Virus record (IMG/VR): IMGVR_UViG_3300002307_000001
Coordinates: 32,001 to 96,000 of that record
DNA from: a virus
Length of the DNA stretch: 64,000 nt
Strand: one strand, 5' to 3'
The notes beneath the pieces are model-generated. The model did no database searches and had not been told where the DNA came from. It saw only the letters and a list, made by a program, of their open reading frames with translations. Shown piece after piece: positions 30,765 to 41,337 of this stretch. Within the stretch, counting starts at the first letter, position 1. Each line of letters opens with the position of its first letter. Made by a program: the position numbers and the translations under genes.

Positions 30765-32306
30765 CTATTTATATTTATTTAACCAACCAGTTTTACCACC
30801 GTATTTATTTTGTTGTCTTATTGTTGGTAATAATTGATCGGGTATTTGATTAGTTTTTCCTTTTTCGGCATTTATCATTCTTTGAAAAGGTGTTTTTATA
30901 CCAAAATCTGTATATTGATTAGGAAATTCATATTTTAAATGTTCAGGAGATCTATCTATACCTACATCAGTCCAAGGAGCATGTTCTCTATTTACTAAAT
31001 GTTGTGTTTCACCACTTCTTAATTTATAACCTTGTTCAAATAACTCTCCTTTACTATTGGGCCCTTTAGTAAGAAACATTCTTCCTAATGGTTCATTTCT
31101 ATTATAAGGTAAAGCTGTATATTCAGATGGTGGTACCTCTATTTGTTTATCCCAGATTCTTCTTTTTGCTGCAGTAGTTAAGGGTTCTATTTTACCAACG
31201 TTATTAGGATTTAGTCCAAAACTTTCTAATATCTGTTGCTCTTTATTTAACTCAGGTATACTTACTAATGTAGGCATTCCTGTAGGAGTTTTTGCTTTAC
31301 CTATAGAAGCTGCAGGAAAGTTACCGGATGTTCTTATTGGTTGTATTGGTTCTATAAAAGAATAAGGATAATGTGGGACTACATTACTTTCTCCATATAC
31401 AGGTTTTAAAGGGGCTTTTTTAAGTTTTGATAACCAATTATTAGCTCCCTCTATTCCTGTTTTACCTAATCCATAGGCTAACTCAGTTGCACCCATAATA
31501 GCAGTTACATCATTTATTTTTTCAGCAAGACTATTAAACTCAGGATTTCTAGCTAATACAGTAAGTGGTTTAGTATTTCCTTCACTATCTAAATTCATTT
31601 GTTCATAAGCATTTGCTTTAGCAGCTTGATATTCTCTTTCCTCTTTGGGACTTCTTTTTTTAGTTGAAGTTATTTTAGACTCACCTTTCTTTTTGTAATC
31701 TGCATAATTTTTATTTAAAGCCATTTGCTCCGGTGTAAGAGTTTTTAAATTCTCTTTTACTTGCTGCATTTGTTGGTACCCTTGTAACATAGTAGGATCC
31801 ATATCTTGATATGGGGATACCGGTGCACTTGTTTGTGCTTGTCTTAATGCTGCTGATTGAGAAGGTGTAAATCCTCCTTGTTGGTATTGTTGTAACCATC
31901 CACCTTGCATCTTTACAAACCCTCCTTCTTTCATAACAGGTACTTCAAATACTTGTTGGCCGGGAAATTGATACTCGCCACCAGGTAGCATGTACTGGTG
32001 ATTACCATAGTTATCCATACCTATAACTGGATATGGTACATTTTGCATAGTTATCCTACCTGTAGGAATTAAGTTGTAAGGGTTGTTTCTATCTGGTGAA
32101 TCTGCTTTGTAACCTGTAGTAGAATAACCACCTAATTGTTTATGTTCAGCAGCTTTGATCTTCTTTTCCTGCTGTAACATTTGTTTAGTTGGCTTTTTAC
32201 CGGAGCCGACATTACCCCTAATGTTATCCCACAAACCTCTTTGTGAGTAAGAACCATCAGCTCTTTTAATCATACCACCTTCTCTATACTGATTTAACCA
32301 GTCCAT
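30765..32306 (-). CDS. Probable virion cargo protein with xxGG and WLxxY motifs
   Basis: WLNQY/WLQQY/WLNKY. REGG, QLGG, KEGG, QQGG, KYGG. GYKADSPD...ITMQNV...YQFPG module. Confidence 0.6.
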   Translation of the reverse strand: MDWLNQYREGGMIKRADGSYSQRGLWDNIRGNVGSGKKPTKQMLQQEKKIKAAEHKQLGGYSTTGYKADSPDRNNPYNLIPTGRITMQNVPYPVIGMDNYGNHQYMLPGGEYQFPGQQVFEVPVMKEGGFVKMQGGWLQQYQQGGFTPSQSAALRQAQTSAPVSPYQDMDPTMLQGYQQMQQVKENLKTLTPEQMALNKNYADYKKKGESKITSTKKRSPKEEREYQAAKANAYEQMNLDSEGNTKPLTVLARNPEFNSLAEKINDVTAIMGATELAYGLGKTGIEGANNWLSKLKKAPLKPVYGESNVVPHYPYSFIEPIQPIRTSGNFPAASIGKAKTPTGMPTLVSIPELNKEQQILESFGLNPNNVGKIEPLTTAAKRRIWDKQIEVPPSEYTALPYNRNEPLGRMFLTKGPNSKGELFEQGYKLRSGETQHLVNREHAPWTDVGIDRSPEHLKYEFPNQYTDFGIKTPFQRMINAEKGKTNQIPDQLLPTIRQQNKYGGKTGWLNKYK

Positions 32307-32390
32307 TATATAAACTATTAGTAATTAGATATTATAAAACGTCTATTAAAACTTTTTAGAAATATTCTACAAAGCTTCTTTAACATTCTT

Positions 32391-32837
32391 TTATTTAAAA
32401 GTATTGAAGTACTTAGCTTTTGCAAATGCACCTTGTAAGTTAGAAGCTAAGTTACAAAGTTCTTCAAGATGTCTTTGTTCTGCATAGTCACATAAAGCAA
32501 CTGTAAATTGAAAACCTTCTTCCAACATCTTGGCTACTGTTTCTTCACTAAATGGTTCAATAGCTTCACTAGTTATACCAGAGAATCTTTTTGGGGCCTG
32601 TACACCAAGTAAGTATTCAGCTATTGCATCTTTACTTTCTACAAGTTCTGTGTACAATTCATTCAACATACTATGCTGTGCAAAGCTTGTAGTTTGCAAA
32701 TGGTAAAAATGTGCCTTACTATGTAAGTTAAACAACTTGCTTACTATTGATTCAGGAGTCATTCCTGCTACCATTCCCATACTCATTGGTATTGTGGTAG
32801 ACATTGGAGAAAACGGTGTATTCTTTTTTAGTTGCAT
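32391..32837 (-). CDS. Phage ferritin/Dps-like four-helix protein (DUF5856-like)
   Basis: AHFYHLQTTSFAQHSMLNELY...DAIAEYLLG pattern. Confidence 0.75.
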   Translation of the reverse strand: MQLKKNTPFSPMSTTIPMSMGMVAGMTPESIVSKLFNLHSKAHFYHLQTTSFAQHSMLNELYTELVESKDAIAEYLLGVQAPKRFSGITSEAIEPFSEETVAKMLEEGFQFTVALCDYAEQRHLEELCNLASNLQGAFAKAKYFNTFK

Positions 32838-32838
32838 T

Positions 32839-32943
32839 TTAGTTTTCTATTTGTTCAGTTGTTAATATATATTCTACTATACTCAAGATTTCATCAACAG
32901 TTATCATATCTGGTCTGTATATTGTAAAATCTATTTTTATCAT
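32839..32943 (-). CDS. 34-aa ORF not in the track (MIKIDFTIYRPDMITVDEILSIVEYILTTEQIEN)
   Basis: ATGA overlap with the muzzle stop. Ends 1 nt before the ferritin-like ATG, exactly filling the gap. Confidence 0.5.
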   Translation of the reverse strand: MIKIDFTIYRPDMITVDEILSIVEYILTTEQIEN

Positions 32944-35900
32944 CTTGGTGATATTTGGTTCTTTGTGTTTGCGTACCTTATTGTGAGGCTATTAGTACCC
33001 AACATTGTTTTTCGCATAAAAATACGAGTACCTGTATATCTCATTCTCTTTTGTTGATTCCATGGTTTTGATAAGTTAAAATATGCAGTATTAGTACTAA
33101 AAGTATAACCATCAGGATTAGTAGTTATCATAGGTGTATTACCCAATGGTGCAGGAGAAGATGGTGCTGCCCTGTTTGCAGTAAAGTCATAAAAATCATT
33201 TATACGATATTTATTCTCAACTTTTTGATACAATACCTCTCTTGTAGATCCTATAAAATTGGGATATTGTAATGCAGCATATGGGTCATCCCATGGTTTT
33301 AATACCATTTTTTGTATAGTACTATTTTGCTCTTTGTTGTGCACCATTATGTAATCAAATGATTGGTCATAGTTCAAAAACTTATCAACACCATTAGGTG
33401 CATACTGGTAACTCTCTAAAAGCCATTCAACACTTTGTAAGATAGTTTCACTTACTTGTGTATTGGTATAATACTCTATCTCTACAGGATAATTCTGATT
33501 ATAGAAATTAGCAAATAATTGTGTAGTATTGTTATGTCTCCATAACTGACCAGATAGACCATTAGTAGTAAAGAAATGGTTTTTAGAAGGTACATGTAAT
33601 GATGGACTCCAATCATGCCAGCTTATAAACTCTTTTCTTACACAATCATAAGAAAGAGTCCATCCTGCATTATCAAAGTAATTAGGATCACCAAAATTGA
33701 CAATTGTACCCGGACATGATGATATACTACCAAATACTATACCACATGGTAAACATAAAATAGCATTAGGATTTGTATTACCTGTATAATAAGTATTAGG
33801 GGGGCATGGTCCTAAATACCATTGACCATTTGAATAATTTACAGTTTGACCAGGCTTTGGTACATAATCCTTTTTTGATATATACAGTATTTGATAAACA
33901 CTATCATATATAAGTTGACAACCTATACCTGATACAGGATTATCTATAAGAGGATAATTAGGGAAACTTGTTAATAACTGAGATGGTAGATACTTAAGTA
34001 AATGGTATTTTAAACCACCTGTTTCACCTATATCAGTAAGTTGACCATGCAATAGATTAAATATTTTACCTGTTTTTTGTGATATCCAAAATGCACCATG
34101 AGGTGTATTAATTATACCTAATCTACTTTGACAAGATGCATATTCATATGAATCATCTATATTATTTAATGATTGTAGTGTTTGTTGAAATAGTAAACCT
34201 GTACCTACACTATACTCTGTACCACTTTTACTAGGAATAGATTCTACACCGGCAAACATCATAGGAGAACTACTTTCCATTAAGAAAATAGCACCTGTTT
34301 TATGTAAATCTTTTATAGCATATACACGATCATTAAAATCTTTATAGTTGTTAGGTAAAAAAATCTTCCAGTTATCTTGCATCTGCTCTTCTTCTTGTGG
34401 TAAAGAATAAGCTACTCTACGTGGGTAATAAGCAAAACAACTATATGCTAATACAGGATCATAGTCTCTTCTTAAACATGAACCCCATGATATAAACTGA
34501 TTAATAAATCTACTAGCAGATAAAGAGTAATCATATTTATAAAAAATATTACTTTTTATAACATCACTTCTAAACATTTCTCTTATAAAATCTCTTGATG
34601 ACCTGTAAGGATCATAAAACATTTTTGAAACACTATCTTCCCAATCTCTATAACCAACATTAATAGAACTTTCAACAAAAAAGTCTCTAACACCATTACA
34701 GAATAAATAAAAGAAACCTGTTTTTACATAAAATAAACTTGAAAAATTAAAAGCAGTAGCAGCAGCAAAAGTAAAAGTATTTAATGGACCATCTAATCTT
34801 CTGTTGTAAGAAGCTATATTTAAAAGACTACTTGAAACAACATCATTATTTATCCAATACATAGGATATGGTACATTCATGTAGTTTCTATAATCATATT
34901 TAAAATCATCAGGGGCATTTACCAACCAGTCATTAAAGAACATAAAAGGGTTCTTTTCTGTATACCGGTTAATATAAGTATCTCCACTAAATATTACATT
35001 TGATGTAAATGCTGTAGTACTCGGTATTGTTTGTTGTGTACAACCTATAGGTATTTGTTTAGTACTATCTATTTGTCCATATTGTGTCAATTGAGGGATT
35101 CTATATGTACCATAATATGATCCTATATTCTTACTAAACCAATTACCTAATGGTAATTGATTGTGTTCATCACCAAAATTACTAAGATTAAATCTACTTT
35201 TATCATCTCCATAATAAGGTGGAATTTCATCTGATTTTAATAAAACATAATTATTTCTATAAAGATTATTTACAGTCAATCCCCCAAAACTTTGTATCTT
35301 GTCCTTTATATACTGGTAATCATATATCGTAAAAGTAGATTTTTGAATAGGTTTTGGTGTATTGTAATAACCCCATGAATTATATTGTGCACTATATTGT
35401 CTTAGGGGAATTAGTCCTTTTATTATAGTAAGAAATTGTTCACTAAATATTTTCATTTGCAAAGGAAGAAATGCAATTAAAAATGCACCGGCAATAAGAC
35501 CAGTAGCTATTTTTACACCTGTAGATACATCTGTACCTGCAAGCGTTAATGAGTAATTATTTTGACTAAATAAAGAACTAGACATTGGAACTGATTCAGT
35601 TGCAGCTAGTGTTATATCAGGAAGATTGCCACCTTGAAGAGCTTTTACAATATTTACAGCTTGTATAACACTGTTAAATAATGATAAAGCAGTACTTAAC
35701 CAACTATCAAAATTAGTAAGTACTTTAAACATTGGATGCTTCCAAGGAGTTTCAAATAAACCATTACTTTTACCGTTTACGGTCATTACTAGTTCTAATT
35801 TACCTGAACCAAGATAAGGTTGATTAAAAGCCGTATCAGGTGAGTGAAAAGAAAACATGTTTTTTTGAAATCCTCCATTATCATAATCAGGTATAGGATC

Positions 35901-37736
35901 TCTAAAACCATTACCTGCTTCTCCTTGTTTTATATTATCATAATTTTTTGTAAGAAATACATCTATTCCTAAATCATTATATGGGTAGTTAGCATGAATT
36001 TGTGGAGTAAAAACATCGCTACCGTTATAAGTACCATGTTCATAAACTAATTTCATATTATTAACCATACCTTTAGCAAGTATGCTTTGGTTACCATCTC
36101 TTGATGATCTTAGTATTTCATATCCTACTATATCTTTTATTAAATTACCATTATTATCAACAGGTGATGCTATATTATCAAAATACAATCCTAATACAGA
36201 TATTGTACTAGGTGTACCTGCAGCAGGTGCTCCATTAGGGTTAAAATGAGATAATGTTGTACCACCAAAAGTTGACTGATCTGGCATCTGGTGATGCATT
36301 ATTTTTTGACCACAAAGATTATTTCCCCATACTGTAGGACTACGGTCTGGATATCTTTCATTAGAAACATAAACACCTGTTCTACCATGAGCAATTGTAC
36401 TTATTGAACCAGATATAGTTGGTCCACCTACTGCATAACTAATCCATGAACCAGGTGCAGTAGGTACATCTCTTGATGGTATATGGTATGATGCACTTTT
36501 ATCACCAGTATTATATACCCATCTAATGTATAATGAATATACCTCACCTCTAAGATAACCTACATTCATACCATAGTTATTACCACCTACTTGATAATAA
36601 TTTTCAGGGTATTCAACAGCTATCCACCATGTTCTTATCTGATTAGCAAGTATCTGGTAATTAAAATCAGGTCTTTCTTTTGGACCAACTCTAGTTAAAT
36701 AATTAGAAATACCAAATATAGCATCACTACTTACAATTGCAGGTGATGATAATGGTAGTTTTTCTAAAGGTATATTTGGTAAAGTAATATCAATATTGTC
36801 AATAGTAATCTTACTTTGATTTGTAGAATATATTCCTAATCTTTTAGCTTGTACTTGTTGATTTACCATAGATACAACAACTACTTCCATTTCTGTAAAA
36901 CGAATTTTAGTATTGTTACTAATACCTTCTATTGTAAGATCAATACAACCCCCATTATTAAGATGTGTAAAGGTTGAATATACATCGGAAAAAGCAAGAT
37001 AATCAGTACATTTAATACTATTAATAGCATATGCTATACATACCTGGTATGAACCATTTGGTAGTAAACCCCCACTTGTTGATTTTGATAATTTTAAACA
37101 AGGTATATCTAGCAATGGTGCTATTCGTAATTGTTGTATATCTATTTTATTGGTATTGTTACATACAAGACAAGCTGATATTGTTAAGCAATTCTGTATC
37201 CAAGGGTTAGGAAATGTTTTAGGTGTAGTTATTGCACCTATTGTCCATGGGCAAGTTGCTGTATTTAATACTCTATCTGGGTTTAATCCACCATCAGACC
37301 AGTATACATCATAACCACAATCATACCCCCTTCTTGATGTACCGGTAATAAGATTTGTAGTTTTAAATCCAAGACCTGTCAAACCTGCAGTTAATGTTGC
37401 AGCATCATTCATTAATGTAGTATAACTATTAGTAGCATCTACAAAAATACCAATCTCAGAAATAGTATTATTAGTACTAAATACTATCCACTGATCATCT
37501 GATAAATATATAAATCCAATAGGAGTATATGGTATTGTTGCTGATCTAATATTAGCAGGTTCTGCACTTTTACCATATAATTGCCCATCTCCTAACATAT
37601 TTACCATATTTCTTGCATGGGTATATGTATCACTCTTTTTATATAAGTCAAGAGGATCCTTAACCATTCCACCTGTAAAGGTGTTAGTTGTTCCTGATTG
37701 TTGAGACGGTGCTCCTTGTTGATCTTGTTGTGCCAT
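32940..37736 (-). CDS. Tail muzzle/stabilization protein (crAss001 gp44-like)
   Basis: 1598-aa beta-rich protein. NTFTGGMVKD...YTHARN start, FHSPD, GDTYI, WTLSYD...WHDW. Located after the ring protein genes. Confidence 0.8.
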   Translation of the reverse strand: MAQQDQQGAPSQQSGTTNTFTGGMVKDPLDLYKKSDTYTHARNMVNMLGDGQLYGKSAEPANIRSATIPYTPIGFIYLSDDQWIVFSTNNTISEIGIFVDATNSYTTLMNDAATLTAGLTGLGFKTTNLITGTSRRGYDCGYDVYWSDGGLNPDRVLNTATCPWTIGAITTPKTFPNPWIQNCLTISACLVCNNTNKIDIQQLRIAPLLDIPCLKLSKSTSGGLLPNGSYQVCIAYAINSIKCTDYLAFSDVYSTFTHLNNGGCIDLTIEGISNNTKIRFTEMEVVVVSMVNQQVQAKRLGIYSTNQSKITIDNIDITLPNIPLEKLPLSSPAIVSSDAIFGISNYLTRVGPKERPDFNYQILANQIRTWWIAVEYPENYYQVGGNNYGMNVGYLRGEVYSLYIRWVYNTGDKSASYHIPSRDVPTAPGSWISYAVGGPTISGSISTIAHGRTGVYVSNERYPDRSPTVWGNNLCGQKIMHHQMPDQSTFGGTTLSHFNPNGAPAAGTPSTISVLGLYFDNIASPVDNNGNLIKDIVGYEILRSSRDGNQSILAKGMVNNMKLVYEHGTYNGSDVFTPQIHANYPYNDLGIDVFLTKNYDNIKQGEAGNGFRDPIPDYDNGGFQKNMFSFHSPDTAFNQPYLGSGKLELVMTVNGKSNGLFETPWKHPMFKVLTNFDSWLSTALSLFNSVIQAVNIVKALQGGNLPDITLAATESVPMSSSLFSQNNYSLTLAGTDVSTGVKIATGLIAGAFLIAFLPLQMKIFSEQFLTIIKGLIPLRQYSAQYNSWGYYNTPKPIQKSTFTIYDYQYIKDKIQSFGGLTVNNLYRNNYVLLKSDEIPPYYGDDKSRFNLSNFGDEHNQLPLGNWFSKNIGSYYGTYRIPQLTQYGQIDSTKQIPIGCTQQTIPSTTAFTSNVIFSGDTYINRYTEKNPFMFFNDWLVNAPDDFKYDYRNYMNVPYPMYWINNDVVSSSLLNIASYNRRLDGPLNTFTFAAATAFNFSSLFYVKTGFFYLFCNGVRDFFVESSINVGYRDWEDSVSKMFYDPYRSSRDFIREMFRSDVIKSNIFYKYDYSLSASRFINQFISWGSCLRRDYDPVLAYSCFAYYPRRVAYSLPQEEEQMQDNWKIFLPNNYKDFNDRVYAIKDLHKTGAIFLMESSSPMMFAGVESIPSKSGTEYSVGTGLLFQQTLQSLNNIDDSYEYASCQSRLGIINTPHGAFWISQKTGKIFNLLHGQLTDIGETGGLKYHLLKYLPSQLLTSFPNYPLIDNPVSGIGCQLIYDSVYQILYISKKDYVPKPGQTVNYSNGQWYLGPCPPNTYYTGNTNPNAILCLPCGIVFGSISSCPGTIVNFGDPNYFDNAGWTLSYDCVRKEFISWHDWSPSLHVPSKNHFFTTNGLSGQLWRHNNTTQLFANFYNQNYPVEIEYYTNTQVSETILQSVEWLLESYQYAPNGVDKFLNYDQSFDYIMVHNKEQNSTIQKMVLKPWDDPYAALQYPNFIGSTREVLYQKVENKYRINDFYDFTANRAAPSSPAPLGNTPMITTNPDGYTFSTNTAYFNLSKPWNQQKRMRYTGTRIFMRKTMLGTNSLTIRYANTKNQISPR

Positions 37737-38956
37737 TATATATATTCTGAATTAATCGACCAGGGCCAGCCTGGAGTATTGGCATAAAGTGAACTAAATG
37801 GATGCATGTATTTATGGTATTGTGCTCTTCTGTTCATTTCAATTGTGGACTTTAATTCATAAAAGTCCGGCATAGTAGCTATTGACAATGCTTCGGCTCT
37901 TGCTGTTTTTAACTCAGTTTTTACCATCTGCAATCTTCTTTCCATATCCGGTTCACCATTAAGATAAATATTTTCAAAGATACGAGCTTTCATTGCCCAT
38001 TCATAATACTCATTAATCTTAGGATGATCTAATACCATTAAGTTACCATCTGCATCTTCCATTGCACCAAGATAACAAATATACACTCTTGCATGACCAT
38101 TATTACCATTATCCCTCATAGTAGGGATATAGATATGCCCATTTTGAATATGGCCCTGATGTGGAGTATTTCTAAATTGAGTATTAATACAAAATGCACT
38201 AGCTTCTTTACTTGGTACCATTTGTATCTGCTCAAACTGATCATATCTCCTTACCTGATTAGAATGATACTCAATTACATTAACATTCATTGTACCATTA
38301 CATGTAGTAAACACTCTGTTTTGATTCCAAGGATCTGTATCAATACTATCACATGTATCGGTATTACTAGTATCACATGCACAATTATCTGGCAATGTAC
38401 AAGATAATTGACCTGTAGTAGGTATATTATAGCAAAATGTACTTGTAGATATTTGAAGTTGTTGTGCAGTATCTATAGATGTTGCACATATATTAGTAGT
38501 ACTGTTAGCAGGAAAAGTTATTATTTGTGGTGTACCTGAGCAATCAATATATTTAGTAGTTACTGTATCTGGTTGAATATTATCAATTTTCCAACAAGGA
38601 CATGTGGTAAGTTGAGGTATGCTATTTGGATTCTGTACTGGTGTTACTCTATTTTCACTTTGTATCCCATTAAATAATCCTGACTCTACAACATTATAAT
38701 GATGACATAATAAAGCATGATTGAGTATATAAAAATCAGCCGGCAATTTTGCACGACCAAATTCAACATCTAGTAAAGTTTCCTTAGTACCATGTATCTT
38801 TAACCCTAGTTCATAGTTTACTCTTTGAGCAACTTTTATAAGTTGTCCAGGTTCAATCATTCCCTCTCTTGCAAAAGAAGATAGATCAAGATTGACTTCA
38901 TCCATAAGTTCATCAAACTTGCGAAACTTTAGTTCTTTTAATGTAGGACTAGCCAT
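37736..38956 (-). CDS. Tail ring/tubular protein with Cys/Thr-rich insertion
   Basis: RAKLPADF and YICYLG...DGNLMVLDHP motifs. Immediately precedes the muzzle gene as in Crassvirales. Confidence 0.7.
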   Translation of the reverse strand: MASPTLKELKFRKFDELMDEVNLDLSSFAREGMIEPGQLIKVAQRVNYELGLKIHGTKETLLDVEFGRAKLPADFYILNHALLCHHYNVVESGLFNGIQSENRVTPVQNPNSIPQLTTCPCWKIDNIQPDTVTTKYIDCSGTPQIITFPANSTTNICATSIDTAQQLQISTSTFCYNIPTTGQLSCTLPDNCACDTSNTDTCDSIDTDPWNQNRVFTTCNGTMNVNVIEYHSNQVRRYDQFEQIQMVPSKEASAFCINTQFRNTPHQGHIQNGHIYIPTMRDNGNNGHARVYICYLGAMEDADGNLMVLDHPKINEYYEWAMKARIFENIYLNGEPDMERRLQMVKTELKTARAEALSIATMPDFYELKSTIEMNRRAQYHKYMHPFSSLYANTPGWPWSINSEYI

Positions 38957-38958
38957 TG

Positions 38959-39642
38959 TTAACGTAGTTGATTTTTGTTGTCGTGAGCATCATCTTCAGG
39001 TACCTGTAATTGAAATGTAAGATCTTTTAATATATTAGCTTCTATTTCACTAAGGATAAAATCAGGTACATTTAAAGAATGGCATTGTCTTGTTTCACAT
39101 TTTTGATCATAGTCGCACTTGAATGCACTAATATCTTCCTCAACCATTGCATCTATTCTTACAGCCGGCCAGTCAATATTAGGAAAATACAAATGGTCAT
39201 TTAGATACCATGCATATTTTTGTTTGTTAAATCGAAAATTTTTACTTTTTGATATATAGTTGTATTCATCTGGAGTAGTTAGCTTTATTAATTCACTACC
39301 ATCAAGAGATGTAATACTTCTAATCATTGGTCCATATATACCTTCTGTAAACACTGGTATAGTTAAACAAGTTCGTTGTATAGTACTATAACTTCTAGGC
39401 CCAACTCCACATTGAGATGCTTCCACTTTATCAATAGTTTGAAGTTTTACAAAATCAAGACTTTCAAAAATAGAAGCAAATGCAGTAAGTCTTTTAGTTT
39501 GATCTAACCTTTTTATAGAAAGAGCAGCATGTTTTTTAAACAAACTATACAACATTCTATCAGTCAGGAAACTATCCTGTCTAACAGCTTTAAGTTGCCC
39601 TCTTAGCCTACTTGTAACATCTCCTATAATAGTTTTAGACAT
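38959..39642 (-). CDS. Tail ring protein
   Basis: LTDRMLY, KYAWYLNDHLYF, C-terminal PEDDAHD. Tail-module synteny. Confidence 0.65.
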   Translation of the reverse strand: MSKTIIGDVTSRLRGQLKAVRQDSFLTDRMLYSLFKKHAALSIKRLDQTKRLTAFASIFESLDFVKLQTIDKVEASQCGVGPRSYSTIQRTCLTIPVFTEGIYGPMIRSITSLDGSELIKLTTPDEYNYISKSKNFRFNKQKYAWYLNDHLYFPNIDWPAVRIDAMVEEDISAFKCDYDQKCETRQCHSLNVPDFILSEIEANILKDLTFQLQVPEDDAHDNKNQLR

Positions 39643-39651
39643 ATAAATTTT

Positions 39652-40281
39652 TTATATTGCAAACTCATCATGGTTTTCAAGTCTTATTTGTTTATTAATT
39701 TGACTTGCTTTTTTTGCAGTTTTTACTTTTTGTTTCCTAAACAAGTGAGCAATGTGTTGTTTTGATGTAAATAAAATATACTTTTTGTAACCGGCTTCTT
39801 TTTTAAACTCTGCAGCTAATGCTCTTGAAAGATGTCTAGCAGCATTAAAACACCACATGTGATGATTATCAAACATGTGATTATCTAACTCATTACTATA
39901 TCTTATTTTACCTATATACTGATCGCTTTCATTATTTTGATGTGGTATTATCTTTCCCTGTCTTAGTGCATTAAAATCTATATTATTGGCAATTGTCTCA
40001 CTTGATAGTTTAACAGCACCTGCTACTATTATACCAAGACCATCTGATAATCTTACACCATTTCTATTATTTAATACCTCTTGTGCAATTCTTTTATTAA
40101 AAAACTCTATACAATTAGCTATCTCACTATTTGTATATTGTTCTAACTCAGGATATTGTTTTTTTATAGCAATATAAAAATCAACATTCCTTTTATTGAG
40201 TATATCAAACTCAACTTTAACAAATCTAGGAGCATGTGGATCAGGTGGTTTGACCTGTCTTTTTGGTTGCGTAGTTTCCAT
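39652..40281 (-). CDS. IHF/HU-like DNA-binding protein
   Basis: Basic protein with FNKRIAQEVL...GVRLSDGLGII (HU/IHF-like core). crAss-like phages carry IHF homologs in the tail module. Confidence 0.6.
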   Translation of the reverse strand: METTQPKRQVKPPDPHAPRFVKVEFDILNKRNVDFYIAIKKQYPELEQYTNSEIANCIEFFNKRIAQEVLNNRNGVRLSDGLGIIVAGAVKLSSETIANNIDFNALRQGKIIPHQNNESDQYIGKIRYSNELDNHMFDNHHMWCFNAARHLSRALAAEFKKEAGYKKYILFTSKQHIAHLFRKQKVKTAKKASQINKQIRLENHDEFAI

Positions 40282-40288
40282 CCTAGTT

Positions 40289-40319
40289 TAAATATACGAA
40301 TAAACCCCGATTGTGCAAA
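40289..40319 (-). promoter_or_regulatory. Promoter TTTG-N19-TATATTTA
   Basis: Recurrent motif 7 nt upstream of the IHF-like start codon. Confidence 0.65.
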
Positions 40320-40354
40320 GAGGTCTCACAAATAAACATTTTTTGTGTAAAAAT

Positions 40355-40387
40355 AAAAAAAAACAGGACCTCCTAAGAGGATCCCTG
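40355..40387 (-). terminator. Intrinsic terminator
   Basis: CAGGGATCCTC-TTAG-GAGGTCCTG hairpin followed by T9. Confidence 0.75.
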
Positions 40388-40422
40388 CAGTGATGGAACC
40401 AACAACACCAGCTATTTAAAAA

Positions 40423-41337
40423 TTAAGGTAAAGGTAGAGAGAATCTCTCTGTATCTATAATGGTGGTATCAGGCCAAACAGCTTTCATTGTAAATAAAGT
40501 TCCTGAATCCAATGGATTAGATCCTTTTACAAGAGGAATAATTGCATTTCTGGCACCTAGTGGACCTGTAGAAAGAATAACACTACCGATAAGAGTAATG
40601 TCGTCATATACTTCAAGTTCAACTGAAGTAAAAGATGTCATGTAAAAATAAGAAAGGATATAAGAAACAAGTAAATTACCAGCAAGTACTGTTGTACCAT
40701 CTACATCTATTTCTGTTGGATTAAATGCATCTATTGTAAAAGATGGTAATGATATTGGTGCACCATTCCATACAGGTTCTGCATCTCCACCAAAATAGAA
40801 CTTAAAATAAGATGGTGTAAGTATGGGATCTAATATTTGTAATGCTCCTTTATTATCAAATTCCGGTATATATTGAGTAATTGTTAAATCTGAAAGACTA
40901 ACACCTTGGGCATATCCACCAGATACAATATCAGTATATGACGTACTATTTGCAGGATAATTAAATGTAAAAGAATGAGTACCAGGTGCACCATGAAATG
41001 TTATAACATACGTACCTGTAATTTTAAGTAAATAAGGATTTGGATATAATGAAGTTACTGTTATTGCTACTTCACGTAAGTTATTTAATGTTCCTGTAAT
41101 GCTAAAAGTTGAATAAGCATTTATTCCAAATGGTGCACCTGTAGCAGTACTACCTGAACAACAATCTGAAATTACTACACCTTCATAACATGTAGGAGCA
41201 TTTACAACAATTGTTGCAGTAGTCCCTGATGTAACTAATTCATTATAACTACTATCAGCTTTTCTTCTATATTCAGCTTTAAAACCACAAGTTGGTCTTG
41301 GTGAAGGTGCTGTCCATGTTAAATTCAAATTCATCAT
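40423..41337 (-). CDS. Structural protein with FN3/Ig-like domains
   Basis: LNLTWTAP...FKAEYR...CYEG FN3-like N-terminus. Beta-rich. Confidence 0.55.
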   Translation of the reverse strand: MMNLNLTWTAPSPRPTCGFKAEYRRKADSSYNELVTSGTTATIVVNAPTCYEGVVISDCCSGSTATGAPFGINAYSTFSITGTLNNLREVAITVTSLYPNPYLLKITGTYVITFHGAPGTHSFTFNYPANSTSYTDIVSGGYAQGVSLSDLTITQYIPEFDNKGALQILDPILTPSYFKFYFGGDAEPVWNGAPISLPSFTIDAFNPTEIDVDGTTVLAGNLLVSYILSYFYMTSFTSVELEVYDDITLIGSVILSTGPLGARNAIIPLVKGSNPLDSGTLFTMKAVWPDTTIIDTERFSLPLP

